A stretch of DNA of 64,000 nucleotides, from contig JBBDYJ010000025.1 in the NCBI GenBank assembly GCA_040901675.1, positions 95,943 through 159,942 of the forward strand. The letters are read 5' to 3'. Each line of letters begins with the position of its first letter. Position 1 is the stretch's first letter. This DNA comes from Pirellulales bacterium. GTDB taxonomy: Bacteria; Planctomycetota; Planctomycetia; Pirellulales; JAICIG01. The notes beneath the pieces are model-generated. The model ran no database searches, was not told the DNA's origin, and was given only the letters and a program-made list of their open reading frames with translations. Position numbers and translations under genes: made by a program. Below are positions 1 through 11,561 of this stretch, piece after piece.

Positions 1-816
1 GACTCCGCGATAACCGCCAGCTATGACCAAAGCGTGTGCATGTGGGGCTTGCCCTCGGGCGAGCGGCTCTATTGCCGGCTTCACGAAGGGGTCGTCTGGG
101 GCGCGGCCTATTCGCCTGTCGACGAGGTGTTTGTGTCCGGGGCTGCGGATGGGGCCATTCATCTTTGGAACATCAAGAGCGGTGCCGAGCTGCGCTCGTT
201 CGTCGGGCACACAGCAAAGATCGCAAATATGCGGTTCTCTCCGGACGGTAGCCAGCTTGTCTCATCCAGCGAGGATTCAACCGTCCGGATCTGGGACGTG
301 GCAGCCGGGACCCAACGGCGCGCATTTCATGCCCCGGGGACACAGTGGGATGTGGCCTTCTTGCCCGACGGCAACCGGGTAGTTTCGTGCGGCGGCGACG
401 CCGTGCTGCGCATCTGGGACGTCGCTGCCGGACGACAGGCAGCGGAATTTGCTTCAGGCGACATCGTTGGACTTGCCTCCCTCGTCCTGGTCGACAAGGG
501 ACGCCGCGCAGTCGTTGGTACGGCCGGTAACGACATGCTGATTTTCGACCTTACCATGCCGGGCAAGCCGCCAGAACGCCTTCGGGGGCATACCGCAAGT
601 TTCGTCCGAGTGGCCGCCTCGGCCGATGCAAGCCGCGTCATCTCCGGCAGCGCGGATGGGACGATTCGTGTGTGGGACCTCGACATGACGAAACAAACCG
701 CTGTGCTTCAGGGTCCGCGCGGCGTTCAATCCATCGCGATCTCTCCCGATGGACAATTTGCCATCACGGGCCACCCGGATGGTGCCGTGCAGTTGTGGCG
801 ATTGCCGAAGCCGTAA
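1..816 (+). CDS. WD40-repeat protein, C-terminal part (5' end probably outside window)
   Basis: Repeated GH...D.T(V/I)R(I/V)WD units (GHTAKI...DSTVRIWD, GHTASF...DGTIRVWD); stop at 814-816. Confidence 0.9.
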   Translation, partial: DSAITASYDQSVCMWGLPSGERLYCRLHEGVVWGAAYSPVDEVFVSGAADGAIHLWNIKSGAELRSFVGHTAKIANMRFSPDGSQLVSSSEDSTVRIWDVAAGTQRRAFHAPGTQWDVAFLPDGNRVVSCGGDAVLRIWDVAAGRQAAEFASGDIVGLASLVLVDKGRRAVVGTAGNDMLIFDLTMPGKPPERLRGHTASFVRVAASADASRVISGSADGTIRVWDLDMTKQTAVLQGPRGVQSIAISPDGQFAITGHPDGAVQLWRLPKP

Positions 817-844
817 TTCGATGCCTGGCGCCGCGCGACAGCCA

Positions 845-868
845 CCTCACGCGGAGCGTGAGGGCTAC
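845..868 (-). repeat. REP-like hairpin, family C (GTAGCCCTCACGCTCCGCGTGAGG)
   Basis: Lies between convergent WD40 and uvrB 3' ends; related copies at 21138-21190 and 60316-60369. Confidence 0.75.
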
Positions 869-948
869 TTTGGGGCGAGCCACCTCACGTCCCGGACTTC
901 GGCGAGCTCAGTCGAGCCGCGCGCCGGGATGAGGGCTACTTGAACGCC

Positions 949-3012
<2,064 letters not shown>

Positions 3013-3026
3013 CGCTTCCTTCCTTG

Positions 3027-3128
3027 CTAGCTGAATTCACCATAATTCAGGAGTCCTTCCTTGCCGTAGCTGAATTCGCCATAATTCAGGCGCCCTTCCT
3101 GCCGTAGCTGAATTCGCCAGAATTCAGG
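3027..3128 (+). repeat. Three tandem REP-like hairpins, family A (GTAGCTGAATTCGCCA(T/G)AATTCAG), period 38-39 bp
   Basis: Copies start at 3027, 3066 and 3104; CTGAATT/AATTCAG stem. Confidence 0.85.
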
Positions 3129-3350
3129 CGCCGGCGTCTCTTGCAACCGCCTGGACGCGGCGGCCAATCCCTCAGCATACGCCCCGCCTGCCAAGCTGCC
3201 TATGGGAGCGCCCCGCGCCGGGGGGAGAGCGTGAATTGCTTTTGCCTGTGCCGACACGATATAGTGAGGCAAGCTCTCAAATCTTTCCCAACCGCGATTC
3301 TGTCACGCGAAAAACCACCCCGACTCAAAAACCAGCCTCCCAGGATACCG

Positions 3351-5528
3351 GTGCCTTCACTACGATTTGCTCTTCTGATTGGTTGTTGCTGGCTGGCCGG
3401 GACGGCCGGTCCACTCGGGGCACACGAACTGCACGGCTGGCAGGGCATGCGCGTCATCAGCCAGGAGGGAAACCCCGGCCGGCTGCTGGCAGCCGACCTC
3501 GAAGGCTATGGCCGCGACCATTTGATCGTGGTCAACACCCGCATGTCGCGGCTCGACCTGTATCGCTGGCTGCCGGCCGACCAGCGCGGTGAACCGGCCG
3601 CCGGCGATCCCCAGCGGCCCAACGAGCTGCCGATGGCTCCCGACTGGCACCGTTCCGAGCTTCCGCTGGACGAATTGCCCCTCGACGTGGCGATCCAGGA
3701 CCTCAACGGCGACAACACACCCGAGTTGGTCGTGCTCAGCAGTCCTTCCAACAAGGTTCTGGCTTACGAGCGTGAAGGGCCGGACAAGTGGCGCAAAACG
3801 ACCACCTGGGACCTGCTGCCCGGCAACCCGGCCGGCAGAACGATGCTCCTAGTCCGGCAGTTGCCCGATTCGAAGTTCGAGCTGTTGATCAGCCTCGACC
3901 AGGGTATCCAGACCTTGCGGCTGGAGCCGGGCAGCCGGCCCGGCTGGCTCAGCCCCCGCGAGGGACGCGGCCGGCTGGATATGAAGCTGTTGGATCTCGA
4001 CGGCGACGGCGACCTGGACGTGGTCGAGTGGTCGAGCCAGGCACGGCAGACCATCCGCTGGTTCGAGTGTCGCGACGGCAAGCTGCTGCCCGCCCAAGTG
4101 CTCTTCGATCAAGCCGTGCAGGGCATCGAGGCGCTGGCGATCGCCAGCCAGCCGGCCGAGCTGCTGTTGCTGGGAGGGCCTCAGCAAGGCCTGCTCCGCC
4201 GCTACACGCTCGCGCGCGGCGAGCAGCGCGACCTGGGCCGCCAGGAGTCGCTTCCCATGGCCGGCGGCGCCAGCGCGGTCTGGTGCGGGATGATGCTGGG
4301 CGAGCGGCCGGCATTGATCGCAGCCGACCCTTCTCAGCCTCGGCTGCGAGTCCAGGCGTTGGGCGATTCGGGCTGGCTGGACGAGCAGAGCTTTCCCAGC
4401 ATCGGCAACTTGCGGGCGCTGGCGGCGGTGCAGGCGCAGCCCGGCAAGCTGTTGTTGTGGGCCAAGGATGCGTCCGACCTTTACCAGAGCAGTTGGGAGT
4501 CGGGACGCCTCACCTATCCCGAACCTTTTCCGCAGTCGGCCGACGTCAAGGACCGCCGCATCCTGGCCCTGGAGAGCGTCGGCGGCAGCACCTGGTGGAC
4601 GCAACGGGTAGGCGACGCCATCGACTTGTACGTCTGGAAGCCCGGCGAAGCCACGCCCACGCAGACCCGCTTTGCCGGCCTGGGCGCCAAGGTCGAGCGG
4701 GCCAGGTGGCTCGGCGGCCAGCGGCTGTTGATCCAGGACGCCTATTCGCAGGGGGCCAGGCTGGTTCAATTGGCCGACGGCAACGTATCGGTGACGGAGC
4801 CGTCGCACCTCGCCAGGCTGGAGTTTTCCGAGTTCGTGCTGTTGAACCACCAGGGGCAACCCAGGCCGGGCCGCCTCTCGAACGGAGTTCTCGAGTGGTT
4901 GGGCGACGACCTGCACAGCGTGGACCAGGTGATGCTCTCGGAGGGTCAGCGGCTGGCGAGCTTTGTGCCTGTCGATGATGGCAGCGCCTGGGCCTTGGAG
5001 CAGGGGGGCGGTTTCCTGCACCGTCTCAAGCCCGACGAGGGAGGTGTGCTGCGCGAAGCCGAGAGCACCCGGCTGGCCAGCGGGCTGTCGATCACGCTCG
5101 ACCCGGTGCTGGGCCTGGTATTGGTCGACCAGGACCGCGTGATGCGTCTCAGCGCCGGGCAGCCCTGGGAACTCAAGCTGCTCGACAGCCTCGACAGCCG
5201 GGTGGGACGCCCCAGCGGCGTCAAGGAAGCCACGATCCACCGGTTCATGACGACCGACGCGGACGCCGACGGCTTGAACGACGTGATTCTCAGTGACGAC
5301 CTGCGGCATCAATTGACCATCCTGGGACGTACCGACGAGGGGCTCAAGCCGCTGATCTCGTGGCCGGTGTTCGAGGACCAAAGTTATCCCTACGGCGGCG
5401 TGCAGCAGACCCAGGTCAGCGAGCCGCGGGCGGTCCTCGGGCTGAATGCCGATGGCGACGCCTATCGCGATCTGGCGATGCTGTGCCATGACCGATTGTT
5501 GATTTACATGGCACGGGAGACTCCGTGA
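3351..5528 (+). CDS. Secreted FG-GAP/VCBS-repeat protein
   Basis: Signal-peptide-like N-terminus from GTG 3351; motifs DLNGDNTPEL, DLDGDGDLDV, DADADGLNDV, NADGDAYRDL. Confidence 0.75.
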   Translation: MPSLRFALLIGCCWLAGTAGPLGAHELHGWQGMRVISQEGNPGRLLAADLEGYGRDHLIVVNTRMSRLDLYRWLPADQRGEPAAGDPQRPNELPMAPDWHRSELPLDELPLDVAIQDLNGDNTPELVVLSSPSNKVLAYEREGPDKWRKTTTWDLLPGNPAGRTMLLVRQLPDSKFELLISLDQGIQTLRLEPGSRPGWLSPREGRGRLDMKLLDLDGDGDLDVVEWSSQARQTIRWFECRDGKLLPAQVLFDQAVQGIEALAIASQPAELLLLGGPQQGLLRRYTLARGEQRDLGRQESLPMAGGASAVWCGMMLGERPALIAADPSQPRLRVQALGDSGWLDEQSFPSIGNLRALAAVQAQPGKLLLWAKDASDLYQSSWESGRLTYPEPFPQSADVKDRRILALESVGGSTWWTQRVGDAIDLYVWKPGEATPTQTRFAGLGAKVERARWLGGQRLLIQDAYSQGARLVQLADGNVSVTEPSHLARLEFSEFVLLNHQGQPRPGRLSNGVLEWLGDDLHSVDQVMLSEGQRLASFVPVDDGSAWALEQGGGFLHRLKPDEGGVLREAESTRLASGLSITLDPVLGLVLVDQDRVMRLSAGQPWELKLLDSLDSRVGRPSGVKEATIHRFMTTDADADGLNDVILSDDLRHQLTILGRTDEGLKPLISWPVFEDQSYPYGGVQQTQVSEPRAVLGLNADGDAYRDLAMLCHDRLLIYMARETP

Positions 5529-6661
5529 TGCGCTTTGTTTTGATCAGCCTGTTGTGCCTGCTGTTGTGCCTGGTTGTGTCCGCGGCGGCCCGCGCCGACG
5601 ACGAGGTGCCCGGCCAGGCTCCCGGCGGCGACGTTTCCGGCGAAAAGGCCGAAGATGCCGCTGACGGCGAAGCCGGCATCACTTCCGGAACCACGACGGT
5701 ATCCGTGGCCGAAGGCCCCACCAACCGGGTCACCGTCACGCTGGTCGGCGGAGCGAAGGTGTCGGCCACGCTGCTGCGCGAGAACAACGAGGGGGTCGTG
5801 CTCGACTTGGGATATGAAGTGTTGCACGTGCCTCGGCGGCGCGTTTTGGACGTCGCTCGCGACGAGGCGGCCCACCAGGTCGAGTCGAGCCAGGAGCACG
5901 ACGTGTTTCGCACGGGCCGCCTGGAGCCGGCCGACGTGCCGCAGCTCGTCAAGCGGCATGGCGACGCGGTGCTGGTCATCAAGAGTCCCGCCGGCATGGG
6001 CAGCGGCTTCATCATCAGCGAGCAGGGTCACCTCATCACCAACTATCACGTGGTCGAGGGGCAGACGAAGATCCAGATCACGCTGTTTCGCCACACGAGC
6101 CAGGGCTATGAACGCCAGGAGCTGAAGAAGGTGCGCATCCTGGCATTGCACCCGCTGCGCGACCTGGCGCTGTTGCAGTTGGATATCGAGGAGCTCAGCG
6201 GCCCGCTCCCGGAGCCGCTGGTGATCAACGACCGCGACGACGTGGGCGTGGGCGACCTGGTGTTCGCCATCGGCAGCCCGCTGGGGCTGGAGCGTTCGGT
6301 GACCCAAGGCATCGTCAGCTCGGCCACGCGGACCATGGGGCATCTGCGGTTGATCCAGACCGACGCTTCGATCAATCCGGGCAACAGCGGCGGACCGATG
6401 TTCAATGCCCGGGGCGAGGTGGTGGGGGTGGTCTGCGCCGGCGCCACGTTTTTCGACGGCCTGGCCTTCGGCATCCCGGCCGACGACCTGGTCGATTTCC
6501 TCAAGCATCGCGAAAGCTACCTGTACGATGCTTCGCAGCCGCTCAACGGGGTGACGTATCTCGAACCGCCCTTTAAGTCTCCTTCGCCCGGCGAGCAGCC
6601 CTCGCCGCCGGCTCCACTGGCAGCCGGCGCCGGCGAAGCGGAAAACCCAACCGCGGAATAG
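5525..6661 (+). CDS. Secreted trypsin-like serine protease (S1C/HtrA-type, no PDZ)
   Basis: GSGFII, ITNYHV (His), DLALL (Asp), INPGNSGGP (Ser); signal peptide; start overlaps the upstream stop. Confidence 0.92.
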   Translation: MMRFVLISLLCLLLCLVVSAAARADDEVPGQAPGGDVSGEKAEDAADGEAGITSGTTTVSVAEGPTNRVTVTLVGGAKVSATLLRENNEGVVLDLGYEVLHVPRRRVLDVARDEAAHQVESSQEHDVFRTGRLEPADVPQLVKRHGDAVLVIKSPAGMGSGFIISEQGHLITNYHVVEGQTKIQITLFRHTSQGYERQELKKVRILALHPLRDLALLQLDIEELSGPLPEPLVINDRDDVGVGDLVFAIGSPLGLERSVTQGIVSSATRTMGHLRLIQTDASINPGNSGGPMFNARGEVVGVVCAGATFFDGLAFGIPADDLVDFLKHRESYLYDASQPLNGVTYLEPPFKSPSPGEQPSPPAPLAAGAGEAENPTAE

Positions 6662-6737
6662 TATCAGCACGATCTACTTCTCACGCCCCGGCGACGTGAC
6701 GTTCCCGGCGCACACTCCATAGGATCAACCCAACATC

Positions 6738-8825
6738 ATGAACGCCATCCAACGGGTCGTCGGCCGGGTCGCTTTGTCCATCACTCGGCTTTGGCACGCC
6801 GCCGGCAGGGGCCGATCGGCCTTTTTTCTGGCCTTGGCCGTCGCCTGCACGTCGCCACTCGTCGCCGCCGAGCTGCCCCCGTCGGTGGCAGCGCTCCCCT
6901 CCGAGACCATGCTGGTGGCTCGCATCCCGGGCGGTCAGGCATTCCTCGACGCGCTGCGCAGCCAGACCAGGTTGGGAAAGGTGGTCTTCGGCCCGGAGCG
7001 CATCCAGCGGATATCCGACTACCTCGGCTCCGAAGGCACGCTGCCCGACGAGCTGCACCAGGGCCTGCGACGATACAACTTGAAGCCCGCTGACCTGGCC
7101 CAGGTCTTCCAGGGCGAGTTGGGCTTCGCCGGGGTGGCCCTGCCGCGCGGCGACCGCGAACCGCTCTTCGTCGGTCTTTCCTGGCTCGAGCCCGGAGAAG
7201 AACTGGCCGATCGCCTGGTGAAGGCGGTTCAATCCGCAGTCGCGGAAACGAGCGACAACGAACATCCGATCCGTCGCATCGACCTGTCGCTCGCCGGCCA
7301 CGACGTCATGCACCTCACGTTTCCCCAGATCGATACCGAGGACGTCGATACCGACGTGCCCGATAACGTCGACGAGTTCACCGAAGAGCAGTTGAAGCGG
7401 TTCTTCGTGGAACAGGCCCGCAAGCAGGCCGAAGCCAAGCCAATGGAAGTCGATCAGGTCCATTTATTCATCGCTCGCCTGGACGGCCGCCTGCTGTTGG
7501 CCAATACGTTTCCGCAGTCGGCTTCCCGGACCCAGGCCGCCGGGGCCGGCAACGTCGACCTGGCCGCCATCAGCGGAGCCGAGCCGGCCACCGGCGTCTT
7601 CGCCCGTTTTCTGGCTGCCCACGATGCGCCGGCCGCCCCACCGGGCTCGGCCCTGTTGAGCCAGGCCAACCTCGAAGGCCTGCTGCCCGGTGGCACGCCC
7701 CTGGTGGAGGCGGTGCTCGACCCCAGGCCGCTCGTGAAGTTGGCTGCATCCAACCCGCTGGGGCCCGGCCTGCTGACGGCGCTGGGCGTCGACACGTTGG
7801 GACCAGTCGGCCTGCGCGGCGTGCTAGACGGCAACCAACTCAAGTATGTGTTCGCGCTCTCGGCGCCGGCCCCGCGCAGCGGCGTGCTGGCGCTGTTGGA
7901 CCAGCAGCCGCTGGACCCGCAGCCGCCCGATTGGGTCCCCGCCTCGGTGACGCAGTTCCAGCAAATCAGCTTCGACCTGGGCAAGGCTTACACCCAGATC
8001 AGGGAACTGGTGGTGCGGCAAATTGGAGATCCGGCCCGGATGCAGTTCGACATGGTCGACGCGCAGGTCCAGAATTCACTCCAGGCCGACCTGGCCACCG
8101 TGCTGTCGTCGCTCGGCCACCAACACACGTTCTTGACATTCGCGCCCAAGCCGGCCCCGGCCGCGCCGGCCGCCGGCGACATCGGTGCCATGTTCGCCGC
8201 AACCTTCACCGAGCGGGTCGGTATGGTGTGGCAGGTCCGCGACGAGCAGCTCTGGCGGCGGCTGATCAAGCTGATCGCCGACTTCGCACCTCTGACCCAA
8301 GGTGCCGTGCTTCCCGCCGAGGAGCAAGGCTTTACCGGCGTGAGAGTGCAAGGACCGATTGAAGGCGGACTGTTCGTCGCAAACGCAACGCTCGTCCTGG
8401 GGATCGGAAGCGAAGTCACCGAGTCGCTGCTGGCCACGCTGCGCAACCCACCCGGAGGCACCGCCGCGCTCGGCAACAGCGAGCTATTCCGCCGCGCCCA
8501 GGCGCTGTTGGCCTTGCGGCCTTGCTTCGAATACAACCTCACCGATGCCAAGGGCGAGCCCAAGAAGCTGAAGGACCTGGTGCTGAGCTTTTTCGAAGCC
8601 CAGGTCAATCTGTTGGATGAGTACGGGGTCGATGACGAGGACGAGGCCGGCGAAGACGGTGGACAGGCGGCCCTGGCCGCCCAGAAGGCCAGGCTCGAGC
8701 GGATCCGCGAACTTCTGCCGACCGATGACGAGCTGGAAGGCTTGATGGGCGTCGGCGTCGGTATGACCACGGTCGATGGCCGCGGCATGGTCAGTCACAG
8801 CGTGCTCGAGCTACCCGCCCCCTGA
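6738..8825 (+). CDS. Secreted hypothetical protein
   Basis: 695-aa ORF with host-like codon usage and a signal-like N-terminus; no recognised motif. Confidence 0.7.
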   Translation: MNAIQRVVGRVALSITRLWHAAGRGRSAFFLALAVACTSPLVAAELPPSVAALPSETMLVARIPGGQAFLDALRSQTRLGKVVFGPERIQRISDYLGSEGTLPDELHQGLRRYNLKPADLAQVFQGELGFAGVALPRGDREPLFVGLSWLEPGEELADRLVKAVQSAVAETSDNEHPIRRIDLSLAGHDVMHLTFPQIDTEDVDTDVPDNVDEFTEEQLKRFFVEQARKQAEAKPMEVDQVHLFIARLDGRLLLANTFPQSASRTQAAGAGNVDLAAISGAEPATGVFARFLAAHDAPAAPPGSALLSQANLEGLLPGGTPLVEAVLDPRPLVKLAASNPLGPGLLTALGVDTLGPVGLRGVLDGNQLKYVFALSAPAPRSGVLALLDQQPLDPQPPDWVPASVTQFQQISFDLGKAYTQIRELVVRQIGDPARMQFDMVDAQVQNSLQADLATVLSSLGHQHTFLTFAPKPAPAAPAAGDIGAMFAATFTERVGMVWQVRDEQLWRRLIKLIADFAPLTQGAVLPAEEQGFTGVRVQGPIEGGLFVANATLVLGIGSEVTESLLATLRNPPGGTAALGNSELFRRAQALLALRPCFEYNLTDAKGEPKKLKDLVLSFFEAQVNLLDEYGVDDEDEAGEDGGQAALAAQKARLERIRELLPTDDELEGLMGVGVGMTTVDGRGMVSHSVLELPAP

Positions 8826-8843
8826 GATTGCCGCCGGCCTTAC

Positions 8844-8892
8844 GTAGTGCCACTGCTTGGAGGTCCCGGCGTGCCGGGACCGAGAAGCAGTG
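8844..8892 (+). repeat. Hairpin repeat, family B (GTGCCACTGCTT...AAGCAGTG)
   Basis: Nested stems CACTGCTT/AAGCAGTG and GGTCCCG/CGGGACC; related copies at 20766-20809 and inverted at 44272-44318. Confidence 0.8.
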
Positions 8893-9044
8893 TTCCGGCC
8901 GCTCTGCGGATTGTCTGCCCTCGTTCCCGGGCCCTGGCAAAGGGCCTGGAGCCCTGGCGCCGACGCCCATTGGCACCGTAGTTGCACCGGCGATAGAGCC
9001 ACGAGCGGTGATGGTTGCCGCGCGACCACCAGGCGTTTCGACCA

Positions 9045-9464
9045 ATGCACGAGCAAATCCAAGGACGACGTTGGCTGACGGAGACTCGGCCGGGGGGTGT
9101 GATCGAGATTGGTCTCATGTCGCGGCGGATGGAAGGTGGTGACGAGCGGCGTGTGCTGATGGTGTACACGTCCAAGGAGAAAGCGGAGGACGCCATCCGG
9201 CGAATCACCGAGTTGGACGAATCGGCCGAGCCGCGCACCGCGGTGGAAGTTTCCGAGGCTCAGTTCCGCGACGTGTTGCGGTACGGGACGCTGTTCTTCG
9301 ACGTGCACTACTACTGCCTGGACGACGGTCCGATCTACTCCAGCCGTCGCTTCCTGGGGCAGCACGTTCCGGGCCTCTACACGAGCCGCGGCCCGCCGAG
9401 CCCGGCCCGTCCGCATTCCATGCGCCTGCGCGCGTCCGAGCCAAGGACGCAGGCCGAAGGATGA
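9045..9464 (+). CDS. Hypothetical protein
   Basis: Plausible globular sequence (VLMVYTSKEKAEDAI...); ATG at 9045. Confidence 0.55.
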   Translation: MHEQIQGRRWLTETRPGGVIEIGLMSRRMEGGDERRVLMVYTSKEKAEDAIRRITELDESAEPRTAVEVSEAQFRDVLRYGTLFFDVHYYCLDDGPIYSSRRFLGQHVPGLYTSRGPPSPARPHSMRLRASEPRTQAEG

Positions 9465-9637
9465 AGGCAAATGGGACGGTGGACAGGGCACGACCTCTTT
9501 CCGCCCACTGAGACTCTATGGTCGCCGCTGGCCCAGCGGTGACCAAGGCCGTGGACGTTTTGGAACCACAGGGCGGTCCGGTGCGCACTTGCCTGAGCGG
9601 GCTGATTGTCGCTTGCAGTCATCCGGAGGAAATCACC

Positions 9638-9972
9638 ATGCCAAGAAAGGTGCCAGGCGGGTAACCGGAGCCGGCAAGGTTCAGACGGTCGGCGGCACCG
9701 ATGCACCGCTGCTTCAGGAAGCCAGCCGAGGGGTGGACGCCGATACGCCGTCCGGCCGGGTCAACACGGCGGAAGCCATCAGGCTGGCAATCAACAATCA
9801 TCCCCGGGCCGGCGCGGCCGAGCTGCGCCGCTTGTTCGCCGAAGAGGGAGTGCAAGCCAGCAGCGCGGAAACCGAAGCGGTCCAATCGCAGACCAAAGGT
9901 GGCGGCCAGGCGGTCGCGCGGCAAGGAGGCGGTCGGCCCATGGGCGAGAACGGGAGAAAGCCGCGCGGATAG
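9638..9972 (+). pseudogene. Small basic protein apparently frameshifted immediately after its start codon
   Basis: GGAGGA RBS at 9625-9630 and ATG at 9638 give only MPRKVPGG*; adding one G (ATG-GCC-AAG-AAA) gives MAKKGARR...NTAEAIRLAINNHP. Confidence 0.45.
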
Positions 9973-10139
9973 CCTCGGCTGCCCTCCGGCGCAGGTAGCA
10001 AGCTTTCCTCCCCGCACCGATGCTGATCCACCGTTGCTCGCAGCTTGTCCCGCAAAGGCGTGACCTGCTGGCATTGTCGATGGCTGCGCTGTACAGTTGA
10101 AATAGGGACACTTGAAGAACTGCCCTACGAGGCTGTGCG

Positions 10140-10610
10140 GTGACCGCAAAAGACGAAGTGGCGCGCGACCTGAAGGATTCCTCACCTTCCGAGGGGCTGG
10201 GATTTGTTTCCACCGGAGCTGGGCAGGAAACATGGCTCCAGGAGCGCTTGGATCGGGTGGCGAGATTGCAATCGTTGCCGAGGGATTGGGATAGCTACGG
10301 AGCAGAACCTCCCAACCGGGTGGCCGTTGAGCGGTCACGCCATGTTCTCGAGATCCTTAGCGCATCGGGGCTGCCCTCTCCGCAGATAACGCCCTCGGCC
10401 GAAGAAGGAATCTGCATATCGTTTCGCAATGGGCGATTTTATGCCCATATCGAGTGCTTCAACTCCGGAGAGATTGTCGCCGCGACATCCGACGGCAACG
10501 GCGCGCATACGCTCACCGAAGTGAGCGCCGATGAGACGGAATTGATCGACAAGGCCAAAGTCATTCAGGCGGCGAAAACGATCAGAGCGCATCTCGCCCG
10601 CGACGATTGA
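10140..10610 (+). CDS. Hypothetical protein with LQSLPRDWDSYGAEPP motif (antitoxin-like)
   Basis: Lower-GC ORF; motif L..L...WDSYGA.PP followed by P.I.P..E.GI. Confidence 0.65.
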   Translation: MTAKDEVARDLKDSSPSEGLGFVSTGAGQETWLQERLDRVARLQSLPRDWDSYGAEPPNRVAVERSRHVLEILSASGLPSPQITPSAEEGICISFRNGRFYAHIECFNSGEIVAATSDGNGAHTLTEVSADETELIDKAKVIQAAKTIRAHLARDD

Positions 10611-10628
10611 ACGAGCCTGGACGGACGC

Positions 10629-11030
10629 ATGGCGCAGGATTCAAGGTGGGCGCGGCGACGCAGTTATTGGGCCGCACGCCTGTTTCGCTGGAAGTTGCGA
10701 AGCCGACCGCCCCGGATGCGGCAGGGTAGCCGCACGGCGGACCCCATCTTCAGCCCGGAAGAATTGCTGTATCTGCGGATATCGAAAGCGCACCTCGAAA
10801 AGGGATCGCTCGATGCGAGCTGTATTCGGTTTCCTGACCAATCGGTGAATAGATCCAAACATAGTGAGCCCGGAGACGTACTCATTCGAGAGCCTGGAAA
10901 CAAGCAGTCGAGGATGTGGCTTTTCTTGGGCGTTGCCGGGTTTTCTGTAGTGGCGGTGCCACCTTCCGTTCATCGAGCCGCTCGAATGAATCGACACCCC
11001 CAGCGCGAATCGCCGCCGTTTGTTACGTCT
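10629..11030 (+). pseudogene. Probably truncated toxin-like ORF (E.LY.R...D.SVNR motif)
   Basis: Coding-like segment EELLYLRISK...FPDQSVNRSKHSEPGDV; the ORF then runs antisense into the HhH gene. Confidence 0.4.
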
Positions 11031-11476
11031 CATTCCGGGCTTTTCGAGACGAATGGCTTGGCGGGCACCGAGTCCGCCCCTGGCGGGGCCATGGGGCGCA
11101 GATACGGCAACATCCCTTCCAGCGTCCGCGGCCCGATGCCCGGCACCCGCTGCAACTGCTCGTGGCTCTGAAAGGGGCCGTCGCGCTCGCGCGATTCGAC
11201 GATCCGCTTCGCCAGGGCTTCACCCACCCTGGGCAGTTGCGTGAACTCCGACCAGGGGGCCGCGTTGATGTCGATCTGGTACTGGGCCGTGCGCCGCGGC
11301 TCGCGGTCGATCTCGATCAGCCGCCGTCCGGCGTTGCCCAGCGGCCAGCCGCCCTGCACCACCCAATACACGGCCATGGCCGCCAGCGCCAGGGCCAACA
11401 GCGCCGCCACGGCCGCCTGGTCGGCGCGTCGCAAGAGCCAGGCCCGCGTCGAGGGTGGTGTGCCGCGCGTTGACAT
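11030..11476 (-). CDS. ComEA-like helix-hairpin-helix DNA-binding protein with N-terminal membrane anchor
   Basis: IDINAA...LPRVGEALAKRIV..R...GPF.S.EQL.RVPGIGPRT; hydrophobic N-terminal helix. Confidence 0.9.
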   Translation of the reverse strand: MSTRGTPPSTRAWLLRRADQAAVAALLALALAAMAVYWVVQGGWPLGNAGRRLIEIDREPRRTAQYQIDINAAPWSEFTQLPRVGEALAKRIVESRERDGPFQSHEQLQRVPGIGPRTLEGMLPYLRPMAPPGADSVPAKPFVSKSPE

Positions 11477-11494
11477 CGCGCGGGCCATTATCCA

Positions 11495-11561
11495 GGATAA
11501 GCGATGGGATGGCTATTAAAGCACTCCCATTTTCGGATAAGCGATGGGATGGCTATCAAAG
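11495..11561 (+). repeat. 27-bp direct repeat (period 40) covering the nadC translation start
   Basis: GGATAAGCGATGGGATGGCTAT(T/C)AAAG at 11495 and 11535. Confidence 0.85.
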
